Source: Candidatus Hydrothermarchaeota archaeon (GTDB taxonomy: Archaea; CAYFZR01). Taken from it: 34,489 bases of DNA. Made by a program: the position numbers and the translations under genes. The notes under the pieces are model-generated. The model saw only the letters and a program-made list of their open reading frames with translations, ran no database searches and was not told the origin of the DNA. Within the stretch, counting starts at the first letter, position 1, and each line of letters starts with the position of its first letter. Below, piece after piece: positions 24,693-34,074 of the stretch. The DNA lies in NCBI GenBank assembly GCA_046760505.1, contig JBHIEG010000022.1, positions 1 to 34,489 on the forward strand. Reading direction: 5' to 3'.

Positions 24693-26026
24693 TGTAAATC
24701 CTCTCTCAACTTGATTATGCATTTTCCACCCTGAATGCCTCCTACAGGCTTATTCGGTGTACCCAACGAGTGCAGACACCTTGCCAGCATTGCTGCTCCT
24801 CTTGCCAGGCCATCTTCCACGAATACAATCCTTTCAAATCCCATTTCTCTTAGTCTTTTATCTATTAACTCAGGCTTTTTTCCTGTTGTACCGGCTCTTC
24901 CTGTTATCCCTACAGCGTAGTGATAGTCGATTACATTCTTGGATAGGGCAAGTTCGATTATTCTGGATACTATCTCTTCAGAGGTTATATCGATCAGTGC
25001 TCCTAGATGAGATTTATTTTTTCTATAAACTTCAGCTCCAATTTTGTTTAGTTCCATAAAAGCGTCTCCGTTTTTACCACAATCACATCCTATTAATGTA
25101 ACGTTTGATTTTCTTGCCATTTCAGGGGAGACAGGAATCGTCCCATATTTTGAACCGTTTTTTATTTCCTCTATGTTTATGAATTGAAAAACATCATCTA
25201 TGTATTTTTTTGCCCTTCGATAGTCAATTCTACTTGCTCTAAATTTAAATTCTATTGCTGATTTTACCTTAAATTTTACTAAGGAATCCAAAATTGCACC
25301 AGCCAATCCACAAAGATTTCCTTTCGTATTTGCGTAAGGTAAATTATCATCACATATTCTGCCTGCTAACGTGGTTCCTAGATCAATGGAAACGCATGGA
25401 TTTCTATAGTCTATGGGGGTGTCTTTTGCCGCTGATTTTATTCCTGCCGTAACAAGTTCACCTTCCATCTCATTTCCCGCCAGCATGCCGCTTGGAGGCA
25501 ATACGCTTGCCACGGCACCATCAAAGTATACTCTATCAATCAACGTATATTTTTGAAACAGATAAGGCATGTTTTCTTTGTTCAGATAAGCAGTCATCTG
25601 TCTTGGTCTTATTCCCGCGAGAAGGCATCCATTCGCAAGTGCCTTTATAACGCTGTCCACTTCTTCGGGTCTTTCAAAGCCTGCAACCACGCCGGTAGAT
25701 CTTACCACAAAATGAACATCTTTAACTCCGAGCCTAGATTCTTCCAGAGTTTTTTTTATTGTATCTGAAATGAACTTCGATACTCCTTCTTTCGTCAGGT
25801 CTTGCTTCCATACCGTCCTCCCAAATACTTCTCCTCTAGCGGGTATGTCTTGAGTTAGCCTTACGCCCTTGTTTACCAGATAGGTTTTTCCGGTTTCAAG
25901 GTTTGTGGCTAGCACAATGCATTTTGTCGTCGTGTTACCTAATTCCACAGATAAAACAACCAAGAATGGTCCCTTTTTAACATCATGCCACGGAATATAA
26001 TCGCTTTTTGCACATACTACTGACAA
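24689..26026 (-). CDS. Methanogenesis marker protein 14 (DUF2114)
   Basis: SVELGNTTTK, FVVRSTGVVAGF, NEMEGELVTAGIK, RNPCVSIDLGTTLAG, GITGRAG, DGLARGAA, PVGG, recalled as the family pattern. TTG start after GGGGA. Confidence 0.85.
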   Translation of the reverse strand: MSVVCAKSDYIPWHDVKKGPFLVVLSVELGNTTTKCIVLATNLETGKTYLVNKGVRLTQDIPARGEVFGRTVWKQDLTKEGVSKFISDTIKKTLEESRLGVKDVHFVVRSTGVVAGFERPEEVDSVIKALANGCLLAGIRPRQMTAYLNKENMPYLFQKYTLIDRVYFDGAVASVLPPSGMLAGNEMEGELVTAGIKSAAKDTPIDYRNPCVSIDLGTTLAGRICDDNLPYANTKGNLCGLAGAILDSLVKFKVKSAIEFKFRASRIDYRRAKKYIDDVFQFINIEEIKNGSKYGTIPVSPEMARKSNVTLIGCDCGKNGDAFMELNKIGAEVYRKNKSHLGALIDITSEEIVSRIIELALSKNVIDYHYAVGITGRAGTTGKKPELIDKRLREMGFERIVFVEDGLARGAAMLARCLHSLGTPNKPVGGIQGGKCIIKLREDLQ

Positions 26027-26027
26027 T

Positions 26028-27248
26028 TCAATCCCCTTTTAATGCATGATAAACCGCTTCTCTTGTGCCCTCTCTATCCATGCCTGCTAAGATAAATACG
26101 TAACGTCCTTCCTTCCTAAAGCCAATGGAAAGAAAAGGCTCTAAACTGTTTCTTGTAATATTGTATTCTTTCATGAGAGCTTTTGAGTAAATATTTACAT
26201 CAGGACCTCCAATTAGTACTATGTCGTTTGAAAAATATTTTTCTAGATCTAAGTCATCGAAGAAGATGCCTTTTGTTTCTATTCTCTCAGAGAGTATTGA
26301 TGCACTCTCGTAATCGTATTCTGGGGCTTTTTTTCCTACTATAACAATGGGAACTGTTTCTTTTAAATAATCATTAGCGTTTACCACTTTGGTCTTTTTA
26401 AAGGAAATAAGTCTTAGAATATCATTTAAATCGCCTTTCTCTAAGAGAAGATTTGATTTTCTTTCCGCGTGTTCTCTGTACTCTATGTTACCTGTTACTT
26501 TGTATAGTGTATGGAAGGAGTTTATTTCCATCCATGATGTTTTATTTGTCCATTTTAGATAATTATAGGTCATTTCTGCTTTTTTAAGAATATTTCTATC
26601 TTTTTTGAATGAATAATAAATTAGCAATGCATTTAGTGCATGAACAGTAGGCAAATAGGAGGCTTCTCCTTCGTATTTTGGTACCAAAATAGGAAAGCCT
26701 CCATTTGATTTTTGAGAATCCATTACGATATCAATTATCTCCTCCGAGCGTTTAAGATATGTCTCTTTTCCGCTAACTTCGTAGGATTTCAATAGAATCA
26801 CCGAATAGTCAGAGAGTCTCACGATAAATTCTGAACCGCAATGACCATTGATCCAATTACACGCTCTTAAGATGGAAGAATAGACATCTCCTTCTCCAAG
26901 TATTTCTGAGTATTTTAGCAATGAAAGAGTTGCATATGCTGTATCTTTGAATTGAAATGATTTTCTACCCCAACTTCCCCATGGATTCTGCTCTGATAAT
27001 AAAAAATCTTTCCCTCTTTCAATACTTTCTAACACCTCTCCGTCTTTTGTCACCTCGTAAAATTCTATTAACGCAACAATATTCTTTGAAGTTAGTTCTA
27101 TACTTGGAAAACCTTTATCTCTCCAGTAGCCTTCCTCATCTTGCATTTCTAATAATTCCTTCGCGAGACTTTCATTTAAATTAGACAGACAATACGATGG
27201 ATGCAACAACGTTACAAAGGAAAAAATAGATAGGATAACTAACCTCAT
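26028..27248 (-). CDS. Secreted alpha/alpha-barrel (prenyltransferase/squalene-cyclase-like repeats) protein with a C-terminal S-layer-like domain
   Basis: Signal peptide from ATG 27248; QDEEGYW, QNPWGSW, QKSNGGF repeats; C-terminal IVIVGKKAP...D, IVLIGGPDVN, ILAGMDREGTREA. Confidence 0.7.
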   Translation of the reverse strand: MRLVILSIFSFVTLLHPSYCLSNLNESLAKELLEMQDEEGYWRDKGFPSIELTSKNIVALIEFYEVTKDGEVLESIERGKDFLLSEQNPWGSWGRKSFQFKDTAYATLSLLKYSEILGEGDVYSSILRACNWINGHCGSEFIVRLSDYSVILLKSYEVSGKETYLKRSEEIIDIVMDSQKSNGGFPILVPKYEGEASYLPTVHALNALLIYYSFKKDRNILKKAEMTYNYLKWTNKTSWMEINSFHTLYKVTGNIEYREHAERKSNLLLEKGDLNDILRLISFKKTKVVNANDYLKETVPIVIVGKKAPEYDYESASILSERIETKGIFFDDLDLEKYFSNDIVLIGGPDVNIYSKALMKEYNITRNSLEPFLSIGFRKEGRYVFILAGMDREGTREAVYHALKGD

Positions 27249-27397
27249 GGTTAGAGTTTTGATGTCACTTTTTTTCCAGAACAAAATATTCACGCACCTT
27301 TTTCAGAAAAATTTAAATATATACATTGTCCTTATTTAATTTAAACCTCTAAGATCCCTGTTTGCGCAAGACGCTCGTCAGACTCTGGAGGGTATTG

Positions 27398-30300
27398 ATG
27401 GTATTCATTAAGAAGATCACCATAGACAACTTTAAATCTTTTCCCAAGAAGACCACCATCCCACTGTCCAAGGGCTTCACCGCAATTACCGGACCAAACG
27501 GAAGTGGAAAGAGCAATATAATCGATGCTCTCTGCTTTGTCTTAGGAAAAAGCAGTGCAAGGTCCATGAGAGCATATAGGCTCTCTGAACTGATATACCA
27601 TGGTAACGGAAACACTTCTGCCTATGTATCCATTCACCTCGATAATTCCGAGAAATCAATTCCTATTGATAGCAATGAGGTCGTTATTTCTCGAAAAGTT
27701 GATCCAGACGGAAAAACAACCTATTATCTCAATCAAAAGAGAGTAACCAGGTCAGAAGTCATAGACTTTCTAAGTTCAGCATTACTGCATCCTGATGGAC
27801 ACAATATAATACTCCAAGGAGATGTGAACAGAGTAATCGAAATGTCTCCCGTGGAAAGGAGAAAGATCATAGATGAGGTAGCAGGGATAGCAGAGTACGA
27901 TGAAAAAAAGGAAAAGGCCATAAAAGAACTTGAAAAGGTTGAAGAAAATCTGAAACAAGTGGAAATAGTGTTAAAAGAGGTACAAAATCTCCTAGAGAAA
28001 CTTAAAGAAGAGAGAGAAGAGGCATTGAGATACAAAGGACTTCTAAAAGACTTAGAAAGAAAAACTGCTAGCCTATATTATTCAAGGCTTTGCAATGAGA
28101 ATGAAAGTTTAAGTAGAATAAAAAATAAAATAACAAGGCTCAACGAAAGAAAAAACTCTATTTCAGATGAAATTAAAAAAATAAACTCGTATGAAGAGGA
28201 AAAACTCAAAGATCTGGAAGAAATCAGGAATAAAATAGCAGAAATCACTGAAAAGGATAGAATAGATCTATTTAAAAACATAGAAGATATAAAAGGAAAA
28301 ATTTCACACATATCCATCCTCATAGATCAGAAGAATAGAGAAATAATGAGCAAAGAAAACGAAATATCGCACCTGAATAGTAGAATTAATGAATGCCTGA
28401 ATTCTATCAAAAACACAGAAACTTTAATAGAAAATTACCGGGAGAAAGAGAAAGATCTAAATGAAAAGATTAGTGAAAAGGAGTTCCAAATCAAAAGCAT
28501 CAATGAGAAAATATCTGAAAAAGAGGCACGCGATCTGGAGATTAAACGGGAGATTTTCTCGATAAACAAGGAATTAGAGCAAAAAATAGAAAGGAGGTAT
28601 ATCATAGAAAAAGACCTTGATAGACTTAAAAGTGCTCTTGAGAGAAACGAAAATGAACTTGAATCCTATTTAAAACAGCGCGAAAGCGAAGAAAAAACTT
28701 TTAGAGAGTTAGAGGATAAAATTTTGAAAATAAAATCCAGAACCGAGAAAGAAAAAGAAGAATTCAAAAGAATTGCTCATGAGATTGAATCTCTCATCAA
28801 TAAGGATAAAGAAATAAAAAGAGAGATTCTGAGAGTTGAGAAGGAATTATCCAATCTTTATGTAGATTTTAATAGAATAAATTCCAAAATCAAAGAAGAG
28901 GAGAAATTAAAAGGATACTCCAAGCCTGTAAAAGAAATCTTAAGATTAAGAGACGAAAATAAGATAGAGGGAGTATACGGAACCATAGGTGAGTTAATCG
29001 AAGTAGATCCAAAGTATGAAATAGCTGTAGATGTTGCTGGAAGAGGGAGATTAAACTTCATAGTTGTTAGAGATGAAAATATAGCGGAAAAAGCAATAAA
29101 ACATCTCAAAGAGAACAAAATAGGCAGAGCTACTTTTCTTCCTTTAAACAAAATGAAAAAGAGAAAATTTTTTGAGATATCTGAAGAAGGTTCATATGGC
29201 TTTATTGTGGATTTAATTAAATATGACAAGAGATTTGAAGATGCTATATGGTATGTTTTCGGCGACACAATACTGATTGAAAATCTCGCTGTTGCGAAGA
29301 AAATTGGAATTGGAAAATTTAGAATGGTAACACTGGATGGAGACCTGATCGAGAAAGGGGGCGCAATGACCGGTGGTTTTTATGAAGGTAAAAAGTTATC
29401 GAAAGAAAAGATTGATTTAAAGAGAATTTTAGAAAAAATAGATGAACTGAAAGTTTATAAGGATAAATTAGAAAAGGATAAGGAGATTTTATTAGAAAAC
29501 ATATCAGATCTTGAAAGAAAACGAAATGATCTCGAGAATAAAAGACTAAAAGGTGAATTAGAGGAGGAAGAAACAAGAACAAGATTGGAAGGGCTTGAGT
29601 ACAAAATTAAAAAGACAGATGATCGAGTTTTGCAAACCAAAGATCTTATTGAAAGGGTTAAAAGAGAAATAGAAAATAAAGAAGTTATTTTATCAGATTT
29701 AAATGCCGAAATCGAGGAGCTTGAAAAGAGAAAAAATGAATTGGAATCTGAACCTCTTTTTGTAAATGAAAATCTATTCAACGAAGTAAAGATCTTGGAG
29801 CAAGAGCTTATTGAACTGAAGAATCAAAAAATGGATGTAGTTACAAAATTAGAATCAGAAAAATCAAAACTGAATATACTCAATCAAAGATTTCTCGAAC
29901 TGGAAAGCAAGAAAAAAAGCATCCATGAGGAGATAACGAATCTAAGGGAAGAACTGTCAGATGCTAGTAATGAACTTTTAATTCATCAGAATAGACTGAA
30001 AGAAATGGAAGAAATTGAAAATAAAATACTAGAGGGGCTAAAAGATCTTAAAGAAAAAAGAGATTTAATAAAATCTAAATTAACCGAATATAGAGAGTTA
30101 AAAAATAGAATGAATGACGAAATAGAGTCAATTGATCAAGAAATCTCTCAATTAAACACCAACAAAGCAAAAATAGAGGCGAAAATTGAGAATCTGAGCA
30201 ATCAGCTTGAGAAGATTAAGTATGAAGGCAATCCCGAGAGATCAAGTATAAAAGAACTTGAGGAAGAAATAGCAAAAATTGAACATGAAATATCAATGAT

Positions 30301-30895
30301 GAGCGATATAAACCTGAAATCAATAGAGGACTTTGAAAAGACGAGCGAGAGGAATAGAAAATTAATAGAGCAAAAACAAAAACTGGAGGAAGAGAAAGGA
30401 GCAATACTAAATTTCATGGATGAAATAGAGAAGAAAAAGCTGGAAGTTTTTATGGACGCTTACAATGCTATCAGCAAGAATTTTGAGGAAATATTCTCCT
30501 TCTTGTTGTCGGGTGGAGAAGCAAGACTCTCCCTAGAAGATCCATCTAACCCCTTAGAGTCCGGACTTCTTTTACATGCTAGCCCTAAAGACAAGCAATT
30601 GAAAAGAATAGAAGCACTTTCCGGTGGAGAGAAAACACTAACCGCTCTTTCATTCCTTTTTTCTGTTTTAAAATACCGTCCAGCACCTTTTTACGCTTTA
30701 GACGAAATAGACATGTTCTTGGATGATGAAAATGTTGAAAAAATAGCCTCTTTGATTCAAAAATACTCAAAGGAAGGCCAATTCGTTGTTGTTTCTCTTA
30801 GAAAGCCAATGATAAAACTTGCTGACCAATTGCTGGGGGTTACACAACAAAAAGGAGTTTCTAAGGTAGTGGCGATAGAGTTAGATGGAAGGTAG
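27398..30895 (+). CDS. smc: Chromosome segregation protein SMC
   Basis: NFKSF, GPNGSGKS, hinge GRATFLPL/GAMTGG, LSGGE, LDEID, long coiled coils. ATG 27398 after GGAGG. Confidence 0.98.
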   Translation: MVFIKKITIDNFKSFPKKTTIPLSKGFTAITGPNGSGKSNIIDALCFVLGKSSARSMRAYRLSELIYHGNGNTSAYVSIHLDNSEKSIPIDSNEVVISRKVDPDGKTTYYLNQKRVTRSEVIDFLSSALLHPDGHNIILQGDVNRVIEMSPVERRKIIDEVAGIAEYDEKKEKAIKELEKVEENLKQVEIVLKEVQNLLEKLKEEREEALRYKGLLKDLERKTASLYYSRLCNENESLSRIKNKITRLNERKNSISDEIKKINSYEEEKLKDLEEIRNKIAEITEKDRIDLFKNIEDIKGKISHISILIDQKNREIMSKENEISHLNSRINECLNSIKNTETLIENYREKEKDLNEKISEKEFQIKSINEKISEKEARDLEIKREIFSINKELEQKIERRYIIEKDLDRLKSALERNENELESYLKQRESEEKTFRELEDKILKIKSRTEKEKEEFKRIAHEIESLINKDKEIKREILRVEKELSNLYVDFNRINSKIKEEEKLKGYSKPVKEILRLRDENKIEGVYGTIGELIEVDPKYEIAVDVAGRGRLNFIVVRDENIAEKAIKHLKENKIGRATFLPLNKMKKRKFFEISEEGSYGFIVDLIKYDKRFEDAIWYVFGDTILIENLAVAKKIGIGKFRMVTLDGDLIEKGGAMTGGFYEGKKLSKEKIDLKRILEKIDELKVYKDKLEKDKEILLENISDLERKRNDLENKRLKGELEEEETRTRLEGLEYKIKKTDDRVLQTKDLIERVKREIENKEVILSDLNAEIEELEKRKNELESEPLFVNENLFNEVKILEQELIELKNQKMDVVTKLESEKSKLNILNQRFLELESKKKSIHEEITNLREELSDASNELLIHQNRLKEMEEIENKILEGLKDLKEKRDLIKSKLTEYRELKNRMNDEIESIDQEISQLNTNKAKIEAKIENLSNQLEKIKYEGNPERSSIKELEEEIAKIEHEISMMSDINLKSIEDFEKTSERNRKLIEQKQKLEEEKGAILNFMDEIEKKKLEVFMDAYNAISKNFEEIFSFLLSGGEARLSLEDPSNPLESGLLLHASPKDKQLKRIEALSGGEKTLTALSFLFSVLKYRPAPFYALDEIDMFLDDENVEKIASLIQKYSKEGQFVVVSLRKPMIKLADQLLGVTQQKGVSKVVAIELDGR

Positions 30896-30898
30896 GTT

Positions 30899-31579
30899 AT
30901 GGAGGTAGAATTACAACCCATAGACATATTGCTAGATTTGGTAATAAAAGAAGAACTCAATCCTTGGGACATAGATATAATAGAGATCACGGACAAATAT
31001 GTAGAAAGAATAAACCAGATGAAAGAGTTAGATTTGAGTATTCCAGGAAGAGTTCTACTTTCTACATCAATTCTTTTAAGAATAAAGTCAGATATTCTTG
31101 TATTGGAGCAGAGCAGGGACGAGGAAGAAGAATACGAAGAGCAAATATTCCATGATTTCGATGAAAGTGAATACACATACGAGAAAAAGAGCAAACGTGA
31201 AGACATTAATATCCCCTCTTTTCTCCCAATAACAAGAGAGCATAAAAGAAGAGTTACTCTTTTTGAACTGGTAGACGCGCTAGAACTAGCATTGAACGAG
31301 GTAGAGATAAAGAAACAACATCCTAAGAAGAAAAGAAAGACTGAAGTAAAGATCGAACTTGACGAAAGACTGGTTAGAGAGCAAATTACAGATGTTTACG
31401 AAAGGATAACGTCCTTGACGAACAATGGACCTATAAAGTTCAAAGATTTGTTATTGAACAATGACAGGGAGGAAATTGTGTCTTTGCTTCTTATAATCCT
31501 TTATCTATCCCAAAAGGAGAAAATATATATTTGGCAGGATACCTTGTTTGGAGACATTTTTATCAAGAGGTTAGGTTAA
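30899..31579 (+). CDS. scpA: Kleisin ScpA
   Basis: LNPWDIDI, ILLRIKS, RRVTLFELV, QDTLFGDI; follows smc. Confidence 0.95.
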   Translation: MEVELQPIDILLDLVIKEELNPWDIDIIEITDKYVERINQMKELDLSIPGRVLLSTSILLRIKSDILVLEQSRDEEEEYEEQIFHDFDESEYTYEKKSKREDINIPSFLPITREHKRRVTLFELVDALELALNEVEIKKQHPKKKRKTEVKIELDERLVREQITDVYERITSLTNNGPIKFKDLLLNNDREEIVSLLLIILYLSQKEKIYIWQDTLFGDIFIKRLG

Positions 31580-32095
31580 ATGAAAAAGGAGATAGAGGCC
31601 ATATTGTTTGCTTCAGGAAGGCCTATCTCACTAAAGGAAATTCAGGATATCTTAAACAAAGATACAAGGAAAAATGCTCTAAAGGAGAATGAAATCGAAC
31701 TTTTTGTCAGAAAACTTATGGATGAATACAATGAAAGAGATTCTGCCATAGAAATCATTGAATTACCTGAAAAAAACTATGTAATGCAACTTAGAGCTGA
31801 ATATGCATCATTTTCACATAAATTTGCAAAATTAGAGATTAGCAGAAGTCTTATCAAGACTCTAGGTTTTATCGCTTTTAATCAGCCGATCAAACAATCT
31901 GAAGTGGTGAAGGCAATCGGAAATAAGGCCTACAGACACATAGAAGCCCTGATTGAATTTGATTTCATTCAAGCAGAAAAAAAAGGTAGAACAAAGGTAT
32001 TAAAAACTAAAAAGAAATTTTCAGAGTATTTCGGATTACCTTATGAGCCTGAGAAAATTAAGAAATATATCGGGGCGCTGATGAAGGATATCTGA
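31580..32095 (+). CDS. scpB: ScpB (kite subunit)
   Basis: IEAILFASGRPIS, IAFNQPI, GRTK...TKKKFSEYFGL. Confidence 0.95.
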   Translation: MKKEIEAILFASGRPISLKEIQDILNKDTRKNALKENEIELFVRKLMDEYNERDSAIEIIELPEKNYVMQLRAEYASFSHKFAKLEISRSLIKTLGFIAFNQPIKQSEVVKAIGNKAYRHIEALIEFDFIQAEKKGRTKVLKTKKKFSEYFGLPYEPEKIKKYIGALMKDI

Positions 32096-32210
32096 ACGTT
32101 CAACGAGAATTTGGGAATTTAAAAAATCCTCCTCAAAGTTTTTAATTCGAGAGGTTTATATATTATTTCTAACGCATTTTTATATCAGATTGAACAAATA
32201 AAATTTAGGG

Positions 32211-32684
32211 GTGATGATCTTGAGTTGGGATCCATGGGAAGAATTTAGAGAGATAGAAAAGCGCATGAACAGACTTTTTAGAGATTTATGGGGATTGAGA
32301 CGAGGATGGAGACCAAGCCTTCCAGCAAGAGAAAGGGCAATAGAACCCAGGGAAGAAGGATTGATTCAGCCCTTCACAGATATAATCGAGACAGATAAAG
32401 AGATAGTGGTAAGCGCAGAAATTCCTGGAGTGGCGAAGGAGGATATCAATATCAATGTCACGGAGGACAGCATAGAGATTTCTGCAGAGACGAAGCGCGA
32501 AGAAAAAGAAGAGAGAGAAGGTTATATACGCAGAGAAAGGAGTTATGGAAAGTACTACAGGTCCTACTCGCTGCCATCAAGTGTGAATCCGGATGAAGCA
32601 AAGGCGACCTATAAAAATGGAGTTTTGGAAATAAGACTACCAAAAACAGAGGTAAAAAAAGGTAAAACCATAAAGATAGAGTAA
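32211..32684 (+). CDS. hsp20: Small heat shock protein Hsp20
   Basis: WDPW, AEIPGVAKEDI, RERSYG, ATYKNGVLEI, C-terminal IKI. Likely start TTG 32220 after GGGGTGA. Confidence 0.96.
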   Translation: MMILSWDPWEEFREIEKRMNRLFRDLWGLRRGWRPSLPARERAIEPREEGLIQPFTDIIETDKEIVVSAEIPGVAKEDININVTEDSIEISAETKREEKEEREGYIRRERSYGKYYRSYSLPSSVNPDEAKATYKNGVLEIRLPKTEVKKGKTIKIE

Positions 32685-32689
32685 TTCTA

Positions 32690-32708
32690 TCTTTTTCTTT
32701 TTATTCTC
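32690..32708 (+). terminator. Oligo-T archaeal terminator after hsp20
   Basis: TCTTTTTCTTTTTATTCT just after the stop codon. Confidence 0.5.
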
Positions 32709-32753
32709 TGAATTACACCTGAAAGAAATAATAAGCGACCAAAGTCAAATTTA

Positions 32754-33149
32754 CTAATCAGGGTCTGAAATCTCACTTAATACTCCTTTCTCCATCTGGT
32801 ATCTAAGAAGAGAAACTCCGCAATCGTCGCATCGATTGAAATAATCGTTAAAGCGGTGTGAATTCACAGACTTAAAGTCAATTTCGCATAGTTCGCATGA
32901 CTTGGAAAGAATTCGCAAAACGTTACTCTTTTCTTTGGTCCCTAGGAATCTCCAACTTCTATCTGTGAGATCAAATCTGAGGTCTGAAAAATCGATCGTG
33001 CATTCTTCACAAGAACTTGTACAGATTCCATCTTCTCCGCAAAGGATTCCAATTATCGCTCTTGCAACTCTGTCCGACTTCTTTCGAACAAATAATGACT
33101 CCGTTAAAATTCTCTTAAGGTCTTCTTCAATCTCGATTATCCTCTCCAT
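32754..33149 (-). CDS. Cysteine-rich hypothetical protein
   Basis: 131 aa, SD GGGGAGG, eight Cys including three CxxC. Confidence 0.7.
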   Translation of the reverse strand: MERIIEIEEDLKRILTESLFVRKKSDRVARAIIGILCGEDGICTSSCEECTIDFSDLRFDLTDRSWRFLGTKEKSNVLRILSKSCELCEIDFKSVNSHRFNDYFNRCDDCGVSLLRYQMEKGVLSEISDPD

Positions 33150-33329
33150 GTCCCTCCCCTTCTACTCATTGCAATCCTCTTATTGGGAGGACAAAATTAA
33201 TTTACGATTTCCATACTAAAATCTCTTTCGAAAATGAATTAAAATTAAATTCATTCAAGTGAAAAAAACTTTTTAAATTTTTAGAATTAAAAATAATCAC
33301 TTATCCGGAATAAGTCATCTTAAAAAGTG

Positions 33330-33692
33330 TCAGAGATCTTTTTTTCCTTCAAGTTCTCTGATTTTATTTAATATGGCCTTTGTGATATCGTTGTCCCGCT
33401 TGAAAATCGTGACTACTCCAGCACTTCCTGAGACGTTTCCCAAATCATCTGTCAGATAGACGTTTCCTCTTTCAAGAACTCCGTATTTTTTGAAATCAGC
33501 CTTTCCATAGCATGATTCCGTAACATATACGCAAGAACTCCAGTCTTTCTTTTGAACTTCTAGGCTCGAGGAATAGCAGATAAGATAACCTTCCTTGTAC
33601 TCGAGAGTTCGCTTTCCGTGAATTATTGCGCATTCTATTATTTCATTAATATCTCTTCTTTCAGGATCCATTGGAAACTTTATCAAGGTCAA
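33330..33692 (-). CDS. Hypothetical protein
   Basis: 120-aa ORF with TTG start after AAGGGA, protein-like composition, no motif recognised. Confidence 0.55.
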   Translation of the reverse strand: MTLIKFPMDPERRDINEIIECAIIHGKRTLEYKEGYLICYSSSLEVQKKDWSSCVYVTESCYGKADFKKYGVLERGNVYLTDDLGNVSGSAGVVTIFKRDNDITKAILNKIRELEGKKDL

Positions 33693-33771
33693 TTTAATCC
33701 CTTGAAAAATTTCTGACGAAAAATGTTAAATAGGAATTATATAAAATTATGGAATACTCGAAGGTGTCCCA

Positions 33772-34074
33772 ATGTTTAGAGAGCTGGAGCTGGAAAAAAA
33801 AGCCCGCAGAATATTGAATGTTCCATGGAATGCCACTCATTCGGACATCAAAAAAGCATATAGATCCATGATCAAAGATTTTCACCCAGATAACAGACCG
33901 GGAGACAAGTGTTTAGAGGAGAAGTTCAAGGCAATAACTGAGGCGTACGAAATTCTTACAAACAAAAGGAATTCCAGAACTTATACTCTTTTGAACATGA
34001 CCGTGGACCCTGAAGATTCTAAGGTAAAATCCTATGAGGAATGGTGGAAAGAAAACTTCTTTTGGGTTATTTAA
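33772..34074 (+). CDS. Small J-domain (DnaJ class C) protein
   Basis: ILNVP...IKKAYR...FHPD...EEKFKAITEAYEIL; SD AAGGTG. Confidence 0.9.
   Translation: MFRELELEKKARRILNVPWNATHSDIKKAYRSMIKDFHPDNRPGDKCLEEKFKAITEAYEILTNKRNSRTYTLLNMTVDPEDSKVKSYEEWWKENFFWVI

Noticed and set aside
32140-32200. Heat-shock repressor site upstream of hsp20
   Set aside because: Only a CTAAC half-site and TATA-like boxes are visible, with no convincing palindrome.
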